Source of the DNA: Akkermansiaceae bacterium
Lineage (GTDB): Bacteria; Verrucomicrobiota; Verrucomicrobiia; Verrucomicrobiales; Akkermansiaceae
NCBI GenBank assembly: GCA_023299815.1
Contig: JALZWA010000034.1
Span: forward strand, 137-64,136
Direction of reading: 5' to 3'
Length of the DNA stretch: 64,000 nucleotides
The position numbers and the translations under genes were made by a program. The notes under the pieces were generated by a model. It did no database searches. It was not told where the DNA came from and was given only the letters and a program-made list of their open reading frames with translations. Of this stretch, positions 34,524 to 44,883 are shown piece by piece. Every line of letters starts with the position of its first letter. Within the stretch, counting starts at the first letter, position 1.

Positions 34524-35707
34524 AATTTCGCAAAAAATTGTGCGCTCTGCGCAGAGTTCCTTGCCCGGTCAAAGTGACCCGTGGCAAACTGCAGCGCGCA
34601 ATTACCCCGGCGGGTTCGCTCCGCTTCTATGGATGCTTCATCAAGCGCCTTCGACATCGCCTCCGCATCGTCAGGGCAAACTACCCAGCCTCCCTCGCTT
34701 TCGAGAATCCACTGACCAATGGTGGACTCGGGTGAACCCACAAAGATCACCGGACGCCCAATACCAAAAACCCCCTGAAGTTTTGAGGGCACCATCATAC
34801 CATTCCAGGTGGGCTCCATCGAAACGAGATGGACATCGGCACTCGCAAGATGGACTGCAAGATTTTCATGAGAAATATAATCTAACAGATTTACTTTTTT
34901 ACCAGAATGATTTCTCAAAAAAATCTCCACCTCAGAACGTCTTTTCCCCCTCCCTGAAAAAACAAAGCGAAAACCCTCTCTCTCTTCAGCGGCAGCCTGA
35001 AGAAATTCTCTGAAACGATGACCCAAGCCCATGTTCCCGGAATACATCAAGACCGTCTCGCTCGCCCCCCATCCGCGCGTCTCGCGCCAGCGGGCAAGAT
35101 CTTCGCTTGCAACTTCCCGTGACGCAGTCGCCCAGAGTGGGATGAATTCGTTGGTGGCATCGTGATACTTTTCGAGAGATCTTTTCATGTCAGGCCCCAG
35201 TGAAAGCACCCCCTGATTCCGCTCCCCCCCGAACCCCCACTGGGTCATCTTTGAGAAAATCTTAGCCGGTAGGGAATCCGCTTTCAACAAGCCGTGAGCG
35301 ATCATGACATCCGGATAAAGATCCATCACCCAGTGTGCGTGATCTCCCCCACGCAAGCGTGAGCATGCCCGGGCCAGCAGAGAAAGATAAGGGGGCGTGG
35401 TCATAGCTACCACTCGATCCGGCGAGCGGACCACGAAGCAGAGATGGAAGGTCACCTGAAGGTAGTAGAGCAGGTAGTTCGTGACCTTAGAGAGCGTGCC
35501 GCGACTCCCTATCTTCAGTCCACCGAGTCTCACCACTCGATAAGCTGACTTCTTTTTCTCGCCTCTTGTCTCAGCATAACTGGCATCTGAGCAGAGAATG
35601 GTAACCTCATTTCCCGCGGCCGCGCACTGCTCCGCGACTCCTTCCAGCATGCGGCCCGTGGGGGCCTCATCGGGAGGGAAGTATTGATTAAGAAAGACGA
35701 GATGCAT
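34520..35707 (-). CDS. Glycosyltransferase, GT-B fold (GT4/WcaI-like)
   Basis: MHLVFLNQYFPPDEAPTG N-terminus typical of WcaI-like GT4 enzymes; C-terminal GT1-type domain. Confidence 0.7.
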   Translation of the reverse strand: MHLVFLNQYFPPDEAPTGRMLEGVAEQCAAAGNEVTILCSDASYAETRGEKKKSAYRVVRLGGLKIGSRGTLSKVTNYLLYYLQVTFHLCFVVRSPDRVVAMTTPPYLSLLARACSRLRGGDHAHWVMDLYPDVMIAHGLLKADSLPAKIFSKMTQWGFGGERNQGVLSLGPDMKRSLEKYHDATNEFIPLWATASREVASEDLARWRETRGWGASETVLMYSGNMGLGHRFREFLQAAAEEREGFRFVFSGRGKRRSEVEIFLRNHSGKKVNLLDYISHENLAVHLASADVHLVSMEPTWNGMMVPSKLQGVFGIGRPVIFVGSPESTIGQWILESEGGWVVCPDDAEAMSKALDEASIEAERTRRGNCALQFATGHFDRARNSAQSAQFFAKL

Positions 35708-36246
35708 CAGAGGTCGCCTTTTTTAGAAGCAGGATTTCCAGCCACAAGAATGTGAGCTGCTTGGTCTTTCGTCACCACCGCTCCGGCGGCCACCGTGCTG
35801 CCCTCGCCGAGGGTCACTCCTGGGGAAACAAAAACCTGTGCGCCGATCCAGACCGACTCACCCAGGGTCACGGGCGCGGTGATGAGATCAAATGTGCTCT
35901 TCCGCTGATCGTGCGATCCCGTGCAGATAAAAGCGCGCTGCGAGAGACAGGAGTGCGAGCCGATCGTCACTTGTGCAAGCGAGAGAATGAGAACGTCCTC
36001 CCCAAGCCAGACGTGATCTCCCACCTTCAAGCGCCAGGGGAAACTGATCGAGCAGCCCGGCCTAATCACCACGCCCTCACCCACCTCGGCCCCGAACATC
36101 TGGAGCAAGGTCACCTTGAGAGACGAGGGAAAAGGAAGATGCGGCAGGAAGAAAAAGGCGCGCACCAACCACCAAAGCGACTCCTTCCAACGAGGAGCGC
36201 CACGATCAAAATCAGCGGACGAATAAGTAGAGAGATCTCGTTTCAT
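35707..36246 (-). CDS. Hexapeptide-repeat O-acetyltransferase (WcaF-like)
   Basis: Left-handed beta-helix repeats ending ...VWIGAQVFVSPGVTLGEGSTVAAGAVVTKD...VAGNPA. Confidence 0.75.
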   Translation of the reverse strand: MKRDLSTYSSADFDRGAPRWKESLWWLVRAFFFLPHLPFPSSLKVTLLQMFGAEVGEGVVIRPGCSISFPWRLKVGDHVWLGEDVLILSLAQVTIGSHSCLSQRAFICTGSHDQRKSTFDLITAPVTLGESVWIGAQVFVSPGVTLGEGSTVAAGAVVTKDQAAHILVAGNPASKKGDL

Positions 36247-37616
36247 CGGGATGCTTGGTATTTAGAAAAGGCCCAGAAAAGACCGAGGCCGAAGAGGAAG
36301 GGATACATCACCAGCAAGGTAATATCGCGCCCCATATTGAAGGTCAGAATGAGCCCACTTACATAGAGCAGCAGGCGTGCTGGATTGTCATGCCCGAGAA
36401 GATCCTGCCGCGCAAGGAGTGCCACCCAAAATGCCATCAAAGTCGCCGCCGCAATAGGCCCCAAGAACCTCCCAAAATTCACCACCCCCTGCCCGATCAT
36501 TCCAGTAGAAATCGTCGCGGTGACGAGATTAGAGCCACCCGTCGAGGCCTGCCCCCGCGCAATCGCATAATCAATTCCGATGAGAGGCTTGTTCTTCCAG
36601 AGCACACGCGGGATGGGATTGACCGCTTCCGCGAAGTAGCGCTTGCCCCAGTTCACCTTGTAGCGACCACTCGCAATGTAGCGGTTCACCCAGCCCAGCT
36701 CCTCGAACATATTCAGCCCTTCATGGCTCTGCTTCTTGGTGCGCTTTTGAAACTCCTCGCTCTTGACCGCTCCGGCGATGCTTCGGTCAGTGCGGTTCTG
36801 CATGACGAAGGCGAACCACTGCGTGACCCCAAAAAGCCCCACCGCGAGAACCATTCCCTTCACCGCAAAAGTCGTCTTCAAGCGCAGGAGGACCCACGCA
36901 AGAAAACCCGGAAGGATTGTCGCCAGCATCGTGTTCCGCGTGCGATCAAAAATGTAGTAGGGAAAAGCCAAGAGGCAGATCACCGCACTCACCGCTCTCA
37001 CTTTAGGATCACGAGAAAGGGCAAACACAATCCCTGCCACCGCCGTCAGGAAGATTTGGAAATATTGCGCAAGCGAGAGCAGGGCATCAATCCCTCCACC
37101 CAGTCGACCTCGCGCCCAAGGATCGATTCTTTCTCCACTCAGATAAGGGGCAAAAAAAGAAACAGCCTTCCACTCCACCCGAGAAAGAGCCACCACCATC
37201 AGCAGACCCCAAACCGTGAAGGCGCCCACTGCCGCCCGATTCAGCTGCAGCTGAATATCTTTTTTCTCAAGTCGCCCGCTCTCATAGCAGATCAGCGCAA
37301 AGCTTCGTCGCTTGAGAAACAATCGGTTAATCCACCGATGAATGGGCGGAGTCAAAAAGGTAAAAGCCGTGAGAAAGAGTAGCACCTGCCACCACGCTGC
37401 AGTCAGAAAATCAGCCCCTATCTTTCGACGATAAATTTCATAGTCGTTGTAGAGGACATCGCCAAAATACCAGAACCCTGCCGTCGCCAACACCGCCATC
37501 GCCGGGAGACCGAAGCCTTGCTCACGCTTCGTGAAAAACCAAAACCCCATCAAGAGCAGCGCCGCCCCCGAGAGATAGTAGGGCAGCGGCAATCCGGCAT
37601 CCTCAGGAAAGGTCAT
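36243..37616 (-). CDS. Wzy-like oligosaccharide repeat-unit polymerase (polytopic membrane protein)
   Basis: More than 10 TM helices and its position inside a glycosyltransferase operon. No sharp motif, so the call rests on context. Confidence 0.45.
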   Translation of the reverse strand: MTFPEDAGLPLPYYLSGAALLLMGFWFFTKREQGFGLPAMAVLATAGFWYFGDVLYNDYEIYRRKIGADFLTAAWWQVLLFLTAFTFLTPPIHRWINRLFLKRRSFALICYESGRLEKKDIQLQLNRAAVGAFTVWGLLMVVALSRVEWKAVSFFAPYLSGERIDPWARGRLGGGIDALLSLAQYFQIFLTAVAGIVFALSRDPKVRAVSAVICLLAFPYYIFDRTRNTMLATILPGFLAWVLLRLKTTFAVKGMVLAVGLFGVTQWFAFVMQNRTDRSIAGAVKSEEFQKRTKKQSHEGLNMFEELGWVNRYIASGRYKVNWGKRYFAEAVNPIPRVLWKNKPLIGIDYAIARGQASTGGSNLVTATISTGMIGQGVVNFGRFLGPIAAATLMAFWVALLARQDLLGHDNPARLLLYVSGLILTFNMGRDITLLVMYPFLFGLGLFWAFSKYQASR

Positions 37617-38692
37617 TGGACACAGGAAGGTTTTTCGCCCTCACCGAGGACCCATTGATAAACAGAACCCATCTCACCCGCGACGCGCTCCCATGAAAAG
37701 CGACCCGCGACCAACTTACGCCCGCGCAGTCCCATCATCGGGAGGTCACTCGCCAGCCCCTCAGCAAGCCCCGCGGCGAGCGCATCATGAGAAAGCCGCA
37801 CTGCAGCTTTTGCCTCAAAGCCCTCTGGTAAATGGCAGTCATCAGTCATCATCACGGGCAGCCCCCATGACCAAGCTTCAAGCACCGCGATGGGAAGCCC
37901 CTCGGAAAAACTCGGCAGAATAAAGGCATCCGCTGTGCGAAAAAGTTCCTCTTTTTCAGCACCGAAAGCGGGTCCAGCAAAACACACCTCAGGAAGATCC
38001 TTCGCAAGCTCCCGAAGCTCCGCCTCATGCCCGCCTTCATCCCAGCCCGCAATAACGAGTTTCCACTGAGCCGGCTTCACCTCACTCCAAGCGCGCAGTA
38101 ATTCCGCGAGTCCCTTCTTGGGATGCAAGCGTCCTAAAAACAACAAGGTCCGCACCTCGCGATCTCCGCGCAGCGGAACTTCTTCAGGAAGGTTCACGCC
38201 ATTGGGGATGACCGCGATGGCTTGCTTCATCCCGAAGGCACGAATGGCATCCGCCTCTTCCTGACAAAGTGCATGAAAACAACTCGCCCCGCTAAGATGA
38301 TTCCGTTCGAAAAGAAAAGAGGCCAACTTCTTCTTCCAGCGCGAGTTCTGCAGCGCCCAAGAATCTAACATCCCATGCGGGCTGATGAGCCAGGGCGTGC
38401 CGATCTTCTTCGCCGCCGTGGGAACCGCAATAGACGCGACTGACCACAGTCCGTGGGAGTGAAAAAGGCGGGAATCACTCGAACCAAGCGCCGACATCAG
38501 CGACTTCGATTGCGCAATGGGGAAGCGATAATCCACCTCGTGCTCCACTCCACTCGCTCCCTCAAGCGCCGCTCCGCCATCTACGAGCGAGTGCAGCTCA
38601 GCATCCGGCCCGAGCGCCGCCACAAGATCGCGCACCGCATAAGCGATGCCTCCGCCCTTTTGGGTCATGGATGCGGTGACGTGAGCGATCAT
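37613..38692 (-). CDS. Glycosyltransferase family 4 (GT-B)
   Basis: From Met46 (MIAHVTASMTQKGGGIAYAVRDL); C-terminal EGLPIAVLEAWSWGLPVMMTD motif. This start gives an ATGA overlap with the upstream gene. Confidence 0.75.
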   Translation of the reverse strand: MIAHVTASMTQKGGGIAYAVRDLVAALGPDAELHSLVDGGAALEGASGVEHEVDYRFPIAQSKSLMSALGSSDSRLFHSHGLWSVASIAVPTAAKKIGTPWLISPHGMLDSWALQNSRWKKKLASFLFERNHLSGASCFHALCQEEADAIRAFGMKQAIAVIPNGVNLPEEVPLRGDREVRTLLFLGRLHPKKGLAELLRAWSEVKPAQWKLVIAGWDEGGHEAELRELAKDLPEVCFAGPAFGAEKEELFRTADAFILPSFSEGLPIAVLEAWSWGLPVMMTDDCHLPEGFEAKAAVRLSHDALAAGLAEGLASDLPMMGLRGRKLVAGRFSWERVAGEMGSVYQWVLGEGEKPSCVQ

Positions 38693-39816
38693 TTTAATAA
38701 AGCAGATGCGAGTGCATCGATGGTAAATTCTTCGCTCAGCGACGGCCTCACTGGGAGCGGGAGCGAGCGAGCGGCATTCCTCAGAGCCTCGGCAATCGTC
38801 TCCGGTTCGAGATCGGAGAGAACCCATCCATTCTCCCCCTCTCGCACCACCTGCCCGCAGTGCTGCGAGACCAGCAGCGGAAGCCCGCGCGCCTCCGCCT
38901 CAAGCTGGGTAATGGCGAAGCCATCGGACAAAGTTGGCAGGATAAAAAGATCGGCATCTTGGTAGACCGCATCCACCTCGTTGCGCGGGATCGCACCCAG
39001 CGAGGTTACCTTTGGTAGATCGCTCCAGTGCGAAGAATCGATTTCGCTAGGGCCCGCGAGAACCAGCTCGATCTCTTCATCTTTCAAAAGACGCATCGCA
39101 TCCAGCAGGCGCCCTACCCCCTTCCTTAGATTCACCTGACCAAGAAAGAGAACTTTGCAGAAGCTCGTAAATTCCTTCTTCCTCACCTCGCCCGAAGCGG
39201 AATAAGCCAAGGGCTGAATGACAATCTTCTCAGCCGCGACTCCCTCCTTCATCAAACAAGTACGAGACCACTCCGAGTTCACCAAAATAGAATCAGCCAA
39301 CTCAACCTCCTCGCGCCACTCTTCCCAGTAGCGACTCGGCGCCACTTCCCAGCTCGACCCCAGCTCGGGATAGCGCTCATGCTCGGCTTGCACAACCCTC
39401 TCCTCCTCAGGCCCCGGATCGATCTGACCCAGCACACAGCGCCACCCACGCGACTTCGCTTCGCGAAAAAGATCTCTCGCCGCATAGCTATAAGAGAACA
39501 AGGTCTGCTCACCCTTGAGCGCGCTCAGCGATGACAGCGCCCGCTTTTGAAAAAGTGAATTACGAGCCATAATACCCTCCCATCCTTTTTTACGAAGCGC
39601 TTCAAAGGCGAGCATGCGTAGATTGAAGGCCTCCACCCGCTCCTCGGCGAGCTCCTCGTGCCAGCGCCCGCCCAACCGCTTCACTTGCGCGAGCGGTGAG
39701 GAAGGACTCACCCAAAAATCCGTCACCAGCGCCGCCAATTCTCCCCGACCCGCAAGCGCTCGCGGGATGGCATAGTGCTCACGCGCACCAATCTGACAAA
39801 CGACCCAAGACATCAA
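38689..39816 (-). CDS. Glycosyltransferase, GT-B fold (GT1/GT4-like)
   Basis: C-terminal domain FLGQVNLRKGV...ILPTLSDGFAITQLEAEARGLPLLVS. Confidence 0.7.
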   Translation of the reverse strand: MMSWVVCQIGAREHYAIPRALAGRGELAALVTDFWVSPSSPLAQVKRLGGRWHEELAEERVEAFNLRMLAFEALRKKGWEGIMARNSLFQKRALSSLSALKGEQTLFSYSYAARDLFREAKSRGWRCVLGQIDPGPEEERVVQAEHERYPELGSSWEVAPSRYWEEWREEVELADSILVNSEWSRTCLMKEGVAAEKIVIQPLAYSASGEVRKKEFTSFCKVLFLGQVNLRKGVGRLLDAMRLLKDEEIELVLAGPSEIDSSHWSDLPKVTSLGAIPRNEVDAVYQDADLFILPTLSDGFAITQLEAEARGLPLLVSQHCGQVVREGENGWVLSDLEPETIAEALRNAARSLPLPVRPSLSEEFTIDALASALLK

Positions 39817-40913
39817 CTTTTCACCGCCGCTGCCATCCCTTTTCCAAAGGCCGAGGTCGGACAGCGCTCTTCTAAAATTCGTTTCGAAGCCTCCCCCATC
39901 TTTTGCAATTCCTCACTCGGAGTCTGCAGAAGCTTATCGAGGTAGATTTTCATCTCGGTGACACTTTCCGGATTAAAAAGCCAGCCATTCACGCCGTGGT
40001 CGATGAGCTCTTCCGCCGCGCCCACATTTCTGCTGGAAAGAATCGGCAGTCCCGCCGCCATCGCCTCATTAATCACCAGCCCCCATGGCTCACTCAGAGC
40101 CGGATGGATGAAGGCGCTCGCCTTGGCATAGAAATCAGGCAGCTCTTTAATCTGACGAAAGCCTGCGAAATAAACCCCCGGTTTCTGCTCCTTATCTTCC
40201 CAGGGAAGTCCTTCCTTAAATCTGTAAGCCTCCTCCTCAAGCGCCTTGCGTTCTTCACCATCGCCTAGGAGACAAAGCGACCACGTCTGGTCAATCGAAG
40301 AGCGTCGATAAGTCTGCAGCAGTGCAGCAAAGTTCTTCCGCTCGATGAAGCGCGATGACGCCAACAGAACCGGAGGAGTCTTCCGATCTGCGGATCTTAA
40401 AAAGGTGGCATTGTTCACCACGTTATAGCCAAAGTGGACATTCGTGAGCCCGAAGTTCGCGAGGTAAGCCGCGTGCGATTTCGCCCCGACTAAAGCGGCA
40501 TCGAACTTGCTGATGACGCGACCTTTGAGAAATTCCTTCCACCAGACGCGCTGCCCATCCGCTTCCCGCGTCTCGCTCATAAGAATGGCGCGCGCTCCAT
40601 TCTCCTTACACCATTTCAAACAAGCCCGTGCATCCGGACTTGCATAACCCGCAATCGCCACCGCATCTGGCTTCAGCTCATCGAGCTTGAGAGTGACCTC
40701 GCGGGTGATTTTAAAAGCGGCGTGATCTTGGTAACTACCCGATTCAAAGACGCGCGTGATCCCCTTCCCCTCTTCCACATCCCAGCCGTAGACCGCATCG
40801 TCGGGTGCGATTTCGAGTCCCTCTACATCCCAATCCAGCGCCTCCCGTGCCGATTGAAGCCGAGCGTGGTGATAAGGGCCGAAGCGCTCAAAGTGAATGA
40901 CAAGCAAAGACAT
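39813..40913 (-). CDS. Glycosyltransferase family 4 (GT-B)
   Basis: SSRFIERKNF...IHPALSEPWGLVINEAMAAGLPILSS motif. Confidence 0.75.
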   Translation of the reverse strand: MSLLVIHFERFGPYHHARLQSAREALDWDVEGLEIAPDDAVYGWDVEEGKGITRVFESGSYQDHAAFKITREVTLKLDELKPDAVAIAGYASPDARACLKWCKENGARAILMSETREADGQRVWWKEFLKGRVISKFDAALVGAKSHAAYLANFGLTNVHFGYNVVNNATFLRSADRKTPPVLLASSRFIERKNFAALLQTYRRSSIDQTWSLCLLGDGEERKALEEEAYRFKEGLPWEDKEQKPGVYFAGFRQIKELPDFYAKASAFIHPALSEPWGLVINEAMAAGLPILSSRNVGAAEELIDHGVNGWLFNPESVTEMKIYLDKLLQTPSEELQKMGEASKRILEERCPTSAFGKGMAAAVKS

Positions 40914-40914
40914 T

Positions 40915-41454
40915 TTATCCTAACCAAGGTGAGTAGTTTAATTCGTAATCCATTGAAAATTCTCGCTCGCCAATCTTCTTGGCAGGATTCCCGGCCACGA
41001 TCGTGAAAGGCTCTACGTCTCGCGTCACCACCGCCCCTGCTCCCACCACTGCGCCCTCGCCGATGGTGACGCCGGGCAAAACAATCACCCGGTAGCCGAT
41101 CCAGACGTGATCTCCGATGACGATATCGCCACCTTGATCTGCGAACTCCCGCGACTGTGGATCGTGCCCGAGCGTAAGAAGAGACGCTTCCGGCCCAATC
41201 GAGACATCATTACCAACCCGAATCTCGTAACTGCGTCCATCGAAAAGGCTGCCGAAATTAATGACACTGCGCTCGCCGAAGTAGACATGGCGGCCATTTA
41301 GAAAACGACAGTCGCTCTGCACTCCCGAGCCGTCTCCAAAGCCCCCGAGCCAGCTCTTAAGAAAGGCATGGCGCAGCGTGCGGCTAGGGAGTTTTCCGAT
41401 CACCGCTTGGTAAAGCCAAGCGAGCACGGAGCCTGCAAAAAGTCGGATCGTCAT
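40915..41454 (-). CDS. Hexapeptide-repeat acetyltransferase
   Basis: [33 protein letters not shown]...VAGNPAKKI. Start at Met14 gives an ATGA overlap. Confidence 0.75.
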   Translation of the reverse strand: MTIRLFAGSVLAWLYQAVIGKLPSRTLRHAFLKSWLGGFGDGSGVQSDCRFLNGRHVYFGERSVINFGSLFDGRSYEIRVGNDVSIGPEASLLTLGHDPQSREFADQGGDIVIGDHVWIGYRVIVLPGVTIGEGAVVGAGAVVTRDVEPFTIVAGNPAKKIGEREFSMDYELNYSPWLG

Positions 41455-42530
41455 AAGATGGCTTGGCGGATGAGTTGGACACTCTTTTCCCAAGAGTTAT
41501 CGGCGAGATAAGAATTCCAATCGAGAGAAGGAAGCGGCTTCGCGAGCGCCGCGGAAATTGCTTCCGCCGAATCAGGATCGCACCAATGACCAATCGCGTA
41601 GCGCTTCAGCAGCTCCGGAAGTGGGCCCTCACCACTGGAAGCGATGACCGGCTTTTGAAACTGCGCCGCGACATTGAGAACCCCACTTGCAGAACAAAAA
41701 CTTTGATCGTAAGTCAGCATCACGAGATCACTGGCGTGGAAATAATCAGCCGCCGCACTCTCGCTGATATGCGCGATCTCCCAGCGACACCGCGAGTCAA
41801 CTCCCAGCGCGCGCGCCTGCTCTTGATAAGTCGCCGCTTGCGCCTGCCCACTCGGTGCCTCGCTCCCTGCCACTAGGAGGTAAGTCTCGGGATGATCAAC
41901 AAGCGCCTTCAAAATAAGATCGAGATTTTTGTTATCCCGCAGATGTCCGAAGCTGAGAAGGAGACGCGCCTCGCTCGGAATATCGAGCTTCGCACGACAA
42001 TCTTCTTTCGACTCGGGAAAAGAAAAAGGACCATGCGGAATGACGCTGCTGGCGATGGGAAGCGCGATCTCTTGATGAACAAATCCGTGCTCCAAAAAAG
42101 AGTAACCCTGCTTCACCGAGAGATCATGCCACCACTCTGGACCCACCACGTGATCGCGCACCGGATCATGAACGATCGCACTAAACTTCACCCCGCGCTG
42201 CTTCCACTTTCGAAATCGCCCCGCCCAAAGCGGCGAAAGATATTCAGTAAAACTCCAGAAGAGAACATGGGTTGATCCGCGCTGATGAATCGCCCGATCC
42301 AAGCGCGCGAAATTTGTAAAAATGACCTGAAAAATCCGAAAGCGATTCCGCCAGCGCCCCGGAACCGAGAGGGTCGACACGAGACTGCGGTCCTGCTGAT
42401 AGCCCACTGCCTCATGAGGGAAATCAGCGGGACACAGCAGCGTCACTTCCGAGCCCAGCGCCTTGCACTGCTCATGCGCATAGTCCGCGAGACCTCCTTT
42501 TGAGGAAGAGCAAAAGTAGAGAAGCTTCAT
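41451..42530 (-). CDS. Glycosyltransferase, GT-B fold
   Basis: From Met19 ([20 protein letters not shown]); C-terminal GT1-like domain; ATGA overlap. Confidence 0.65.
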   Translation of the reverse strand: MKLLYFCSSSKGGLADYAHEQCKALGSEVTLLCPADFPHEAVGYQQDRSLVSTLSVPGRWRNRFRIFQVIFTNFARLDRAIHQRGSTHVLFWSFTEYLSPLWAGRFRKWKQRGVKFSAIVHDPVRDHVVGPEWWHDLSVKQGYSFLEHGFVHQEIALPIASSVIPHGPFSFPESKEDCRAKLDIPSEARLLLSFGHLRDNKNLDLILKALVDHPETYLLVAGSEAPSGQAQAATYQEQARALGVDSRCRWEIAHISESAAADYFHASDLVMLTYDQSFCSASGVLNVAAQFQKPVIASSGEGPLPELLKRYAIGHWCDPDSAEAISAALAKPLPSLDWNSYLADNSWEKSVQLIRQAIL

Positions 42531-43720
42531 GCCGATTGAAACACCGCTTTGAGACGCGCGCCGAAAACATCGAGATTGAGACACTCTTCCATCAAGCGTC
42601 GATTGTTCACGCTGATCTCACTCCGCAGCGCGGGATCAGAGACAAGTTTTAAAATAGCCTCAGCCGCCTTCGCGGGCTCACGAGGTGGGACAAAAAATCC
42701 ATTCACACCGGAGTCTACGACATCATTAATACCTCCGTCGTCACACGCGATGATCGGCAATCCGTGCGCCATTGACTCAAGGTAGACGGTGGCAAAAGGT
42801 TCATCCCATCCCAGGAGAATGAAGAGAGTCGCGCGCGACATTTCCTCGTAAACTTCCTCGCGCGAAATTTTCCCTAGCAAAGTGATGCGATCCTTCACCG
42901 GCGACTCCGCGATCTGGGCCTCGACCATTGCGCGCTCCTCGCCATCGCCCGCGAGACGCAGGACGATCTCGCTATTCTTCTCCGCCGCTTTCTCAAAGGC
43001 GGAAATCAAATCCCCCAAGCCTTTCCGATGGTAAAAGACGCAGGCCGAAAAAAGAACCGGCGTAGCGGGCTCACACGCCGCCTTCCCCTGCTCAATCACC
43101 GAGCGAGCAAGCCCGTGATGAATCGCCTCCACCCGACAGTCCGGAAAGATCTCGGCAACATCCTCCGCCATCTGATTCGAGGCAGGAACATTTAAGAGTG
43201 CGTCATTTTTGATCTTGGTAAAGAGCGCCTTCTTCGCAGGCCGCGTGCGACAGCCATTGATGGTGTTAAAATCAAAATCCGCGAGCACGTAAGGCACGCC
43301 AGTTTCTTTGAAACAGCGCCACGCAAAGTAGCCATTCGGCAGAGTGTGATGCGCATAGATTGCATCCGGCTTGAAGCGCTCCACTTCATCAAGCAGCGCC
43401 TTACCACTCAGCTTCCAAAGGAGGCGATATTCTTGCTCAACGACAGATTCTAACAAAACCCGCACCCGATACATCGGCAGGTAAAACCAGCGCGGCGCAG
43501 TGACCTCGAGTCCCTCGATCGTATATTCCACAGGGCAGTCACTATAACTCCCGCCTTTTCCCGTGAGGGAGGTCACCCAGCGGGGAAACCAGGTATTGTA
43601 AGAGAGCACGCGCACTTCCACCCCCGCGTCCTGCAAGCCGCGCGCCTGATCCAAGGCCCAAGTCCCCATCGCCGAGTTCGAAGGCTTCGGGAAGTAGTCA
43701 GTGAGAAAAAGGATCTTCAC
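42527..43720 (-). CDS. Glycosyltransferase family 4 (GT-B)
   Basis: KILFLTDYFP N-terminus; LLGWDEPFATVYLESMAHGLPIIACDDGG motif. The GTG at 43720 gives a GTGA overlap; the ATG at 43747 is the alternative. Confidence 0.75.
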   Translation of the reverse strand: MKILFLTDYFPKPSNSAMGTWALDQARGLQDAGVEVRVLSYNTWFPRWVTSLTGKGGSYSDCPVEYTIEGLEVTAPRWFYLPMYRVRVLLESVVEQEYRLLWKLSGKALLDEVERFKPDAIYAHHTLPNGYFAWRCFKETGVPYVLADFDFNTINGCRTRPAKKALFTKIKNDALLNVPASNQMAEDVAEIFPDCRVEAIHHGLARSVIEQGKAACEPATPVLFSACVFYHRKGLGDLISAFEKAAEKNSEIVLRLAGDGEERAMVEAQIAESPVKDRITLLGKISREEVYEEMSRATLFILLGWDEPFATVYLESMAHGLPIIACDDGGINDVVDSGVNGFFVPPREPAKAAEAILKLVSDPALRSEISVNNRRLMEECLNLDVFGARLKAVFQSA

Positions 43721-44883
43721 TTGGACTCTAGAATTTTGGTCAGGCACTCGAAGAAATGCGCTCCAGAAAAATCGCGCCGCGCCCGAGGAGCACGCTTCGC
43801 AGCCAGCGCCTGCAGCTCACTAAATTGCCCATGACATTTCTGCAGGGCCTCCGCGAGAGAGTCAGGATCTCCCGCCTCAAAGGACACGCCCGCGCCATAT
43901 TCCTCGATGAACTCGGCCAACCAAGTCCCCTGAGGATAGATGAGCGGAAGACCGGCCTGCGCGGCATCGATCGCCACACGCGAGAGCTTGTCCCAATAAA
44001 ATTCCTTCCGATAAGGCAGCACCATGCAGTCGACCCGAGCAAGCCACTCAGAGTATTCTTCCGAGCGGGTGAATTGATCGAGATAGCGCACCACTCCCGC
44101 GGCTTCAAGCTCAGCATCACGAGTGATTTTTTGACCATCCGGAAGTTTGTAATCCCCCGTCCACTGAATGACGAACTCCACGCCCTCCAGCGGTGATTCT
44201 TTCAGCGCAGCATGAAGAACATCTGGCCCTTTATCGTAACGCGTGAATCCAAAGCTCCCATAGAGCGGCTTCTCAGATTTCTCGACCTGAGGCGCGACTT
44301 CCGCCTGCGTAACGTGTGGTAGGTAATGAGATTCCGTCTCAGAAAACTGAAGATACTGACGCTGAAGTCCTGCTGACTCGGTGGCAAAGATCACGGAGCG
44401 GCGCGTGGCCTTGAGAAGCGATCGAAAGAGCGTCGCACTGCGTGGAAACTGTAACTCCCCGGCGCCATCGTAATAACCCGGCGACTCCGCGAGGATGCCC
44501 AGCACTTTTCCCGCCGCGAAATATTCTGACACCTTCTGGCAAGCGAGCACGTGGTCAACCCTCAGCGTGGGGAAAATGGTGACATCAAATTCCTCATCCT
44601 GAGCTGTCAGCCAGTCCGCGACATCTTGGGTCAGCGCCCGATTATGCCGCCGGATCGCCAGCAGTCTCTTAAAGAATCCCGAGGGGCTATCCCCCTCCCA
44701 GACCGATTGCTGAAGCACGGGGTGTGCTCCCAATGTTTCGCAGATCGTGGGATGCGCATCGACATGAACCAGCACCTCCACGGTGTGCCCGGCAGCGCGG
44801 CCGCCATCGACAATATCGCGGATATACTGGAACCAATGGCCGTCCAGTTTCTGCAATGCTTCTTCAACAATAAGAACTTTCAT
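43717..44883 (-). CDS. Glycosyltransferase-like protein (divergent GT-B)
   Basis: MKVLIVEEA... N-terminus and MVLPYRKEFYWDKLSRVAIDAAQAGLPLIYP C-terminal motif. Confidence 0.55.
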   Translation of the reverse strand: MKVLIVEEALQKLDGHWFQYIRDIVDGGRAAGHTVEVLVHVDAHPTICETLGAHPVLQQSVWEGDSPSGFFKRLLAIRRHNRALTQDVADWLTAQDEEFDVTIFPTLRVDHVLACQKVSEYFAAGKVLGILAESPGYYDGAGELQFPRSATLFRSLLKATRRSVIFATESAGLQRQYLQFSETESHYLPHVTQAEVAPQVEKSEKPLYGSFGFTRYDKGPDVLHAALKESPLEGVEFVIQWTGDYKLPDGQKITRDAELEAAGVVRYLDQFTRSEEYSEWLARVDCMVLPYRKEFYWDKLSRVAIDAAQAGLPLIYPQGTWLAEFIEEYGAGVSFEAGDPDSLAEALQKCHGQFSELQALAAKRAPRARRDFSGAHFFECLTKILESK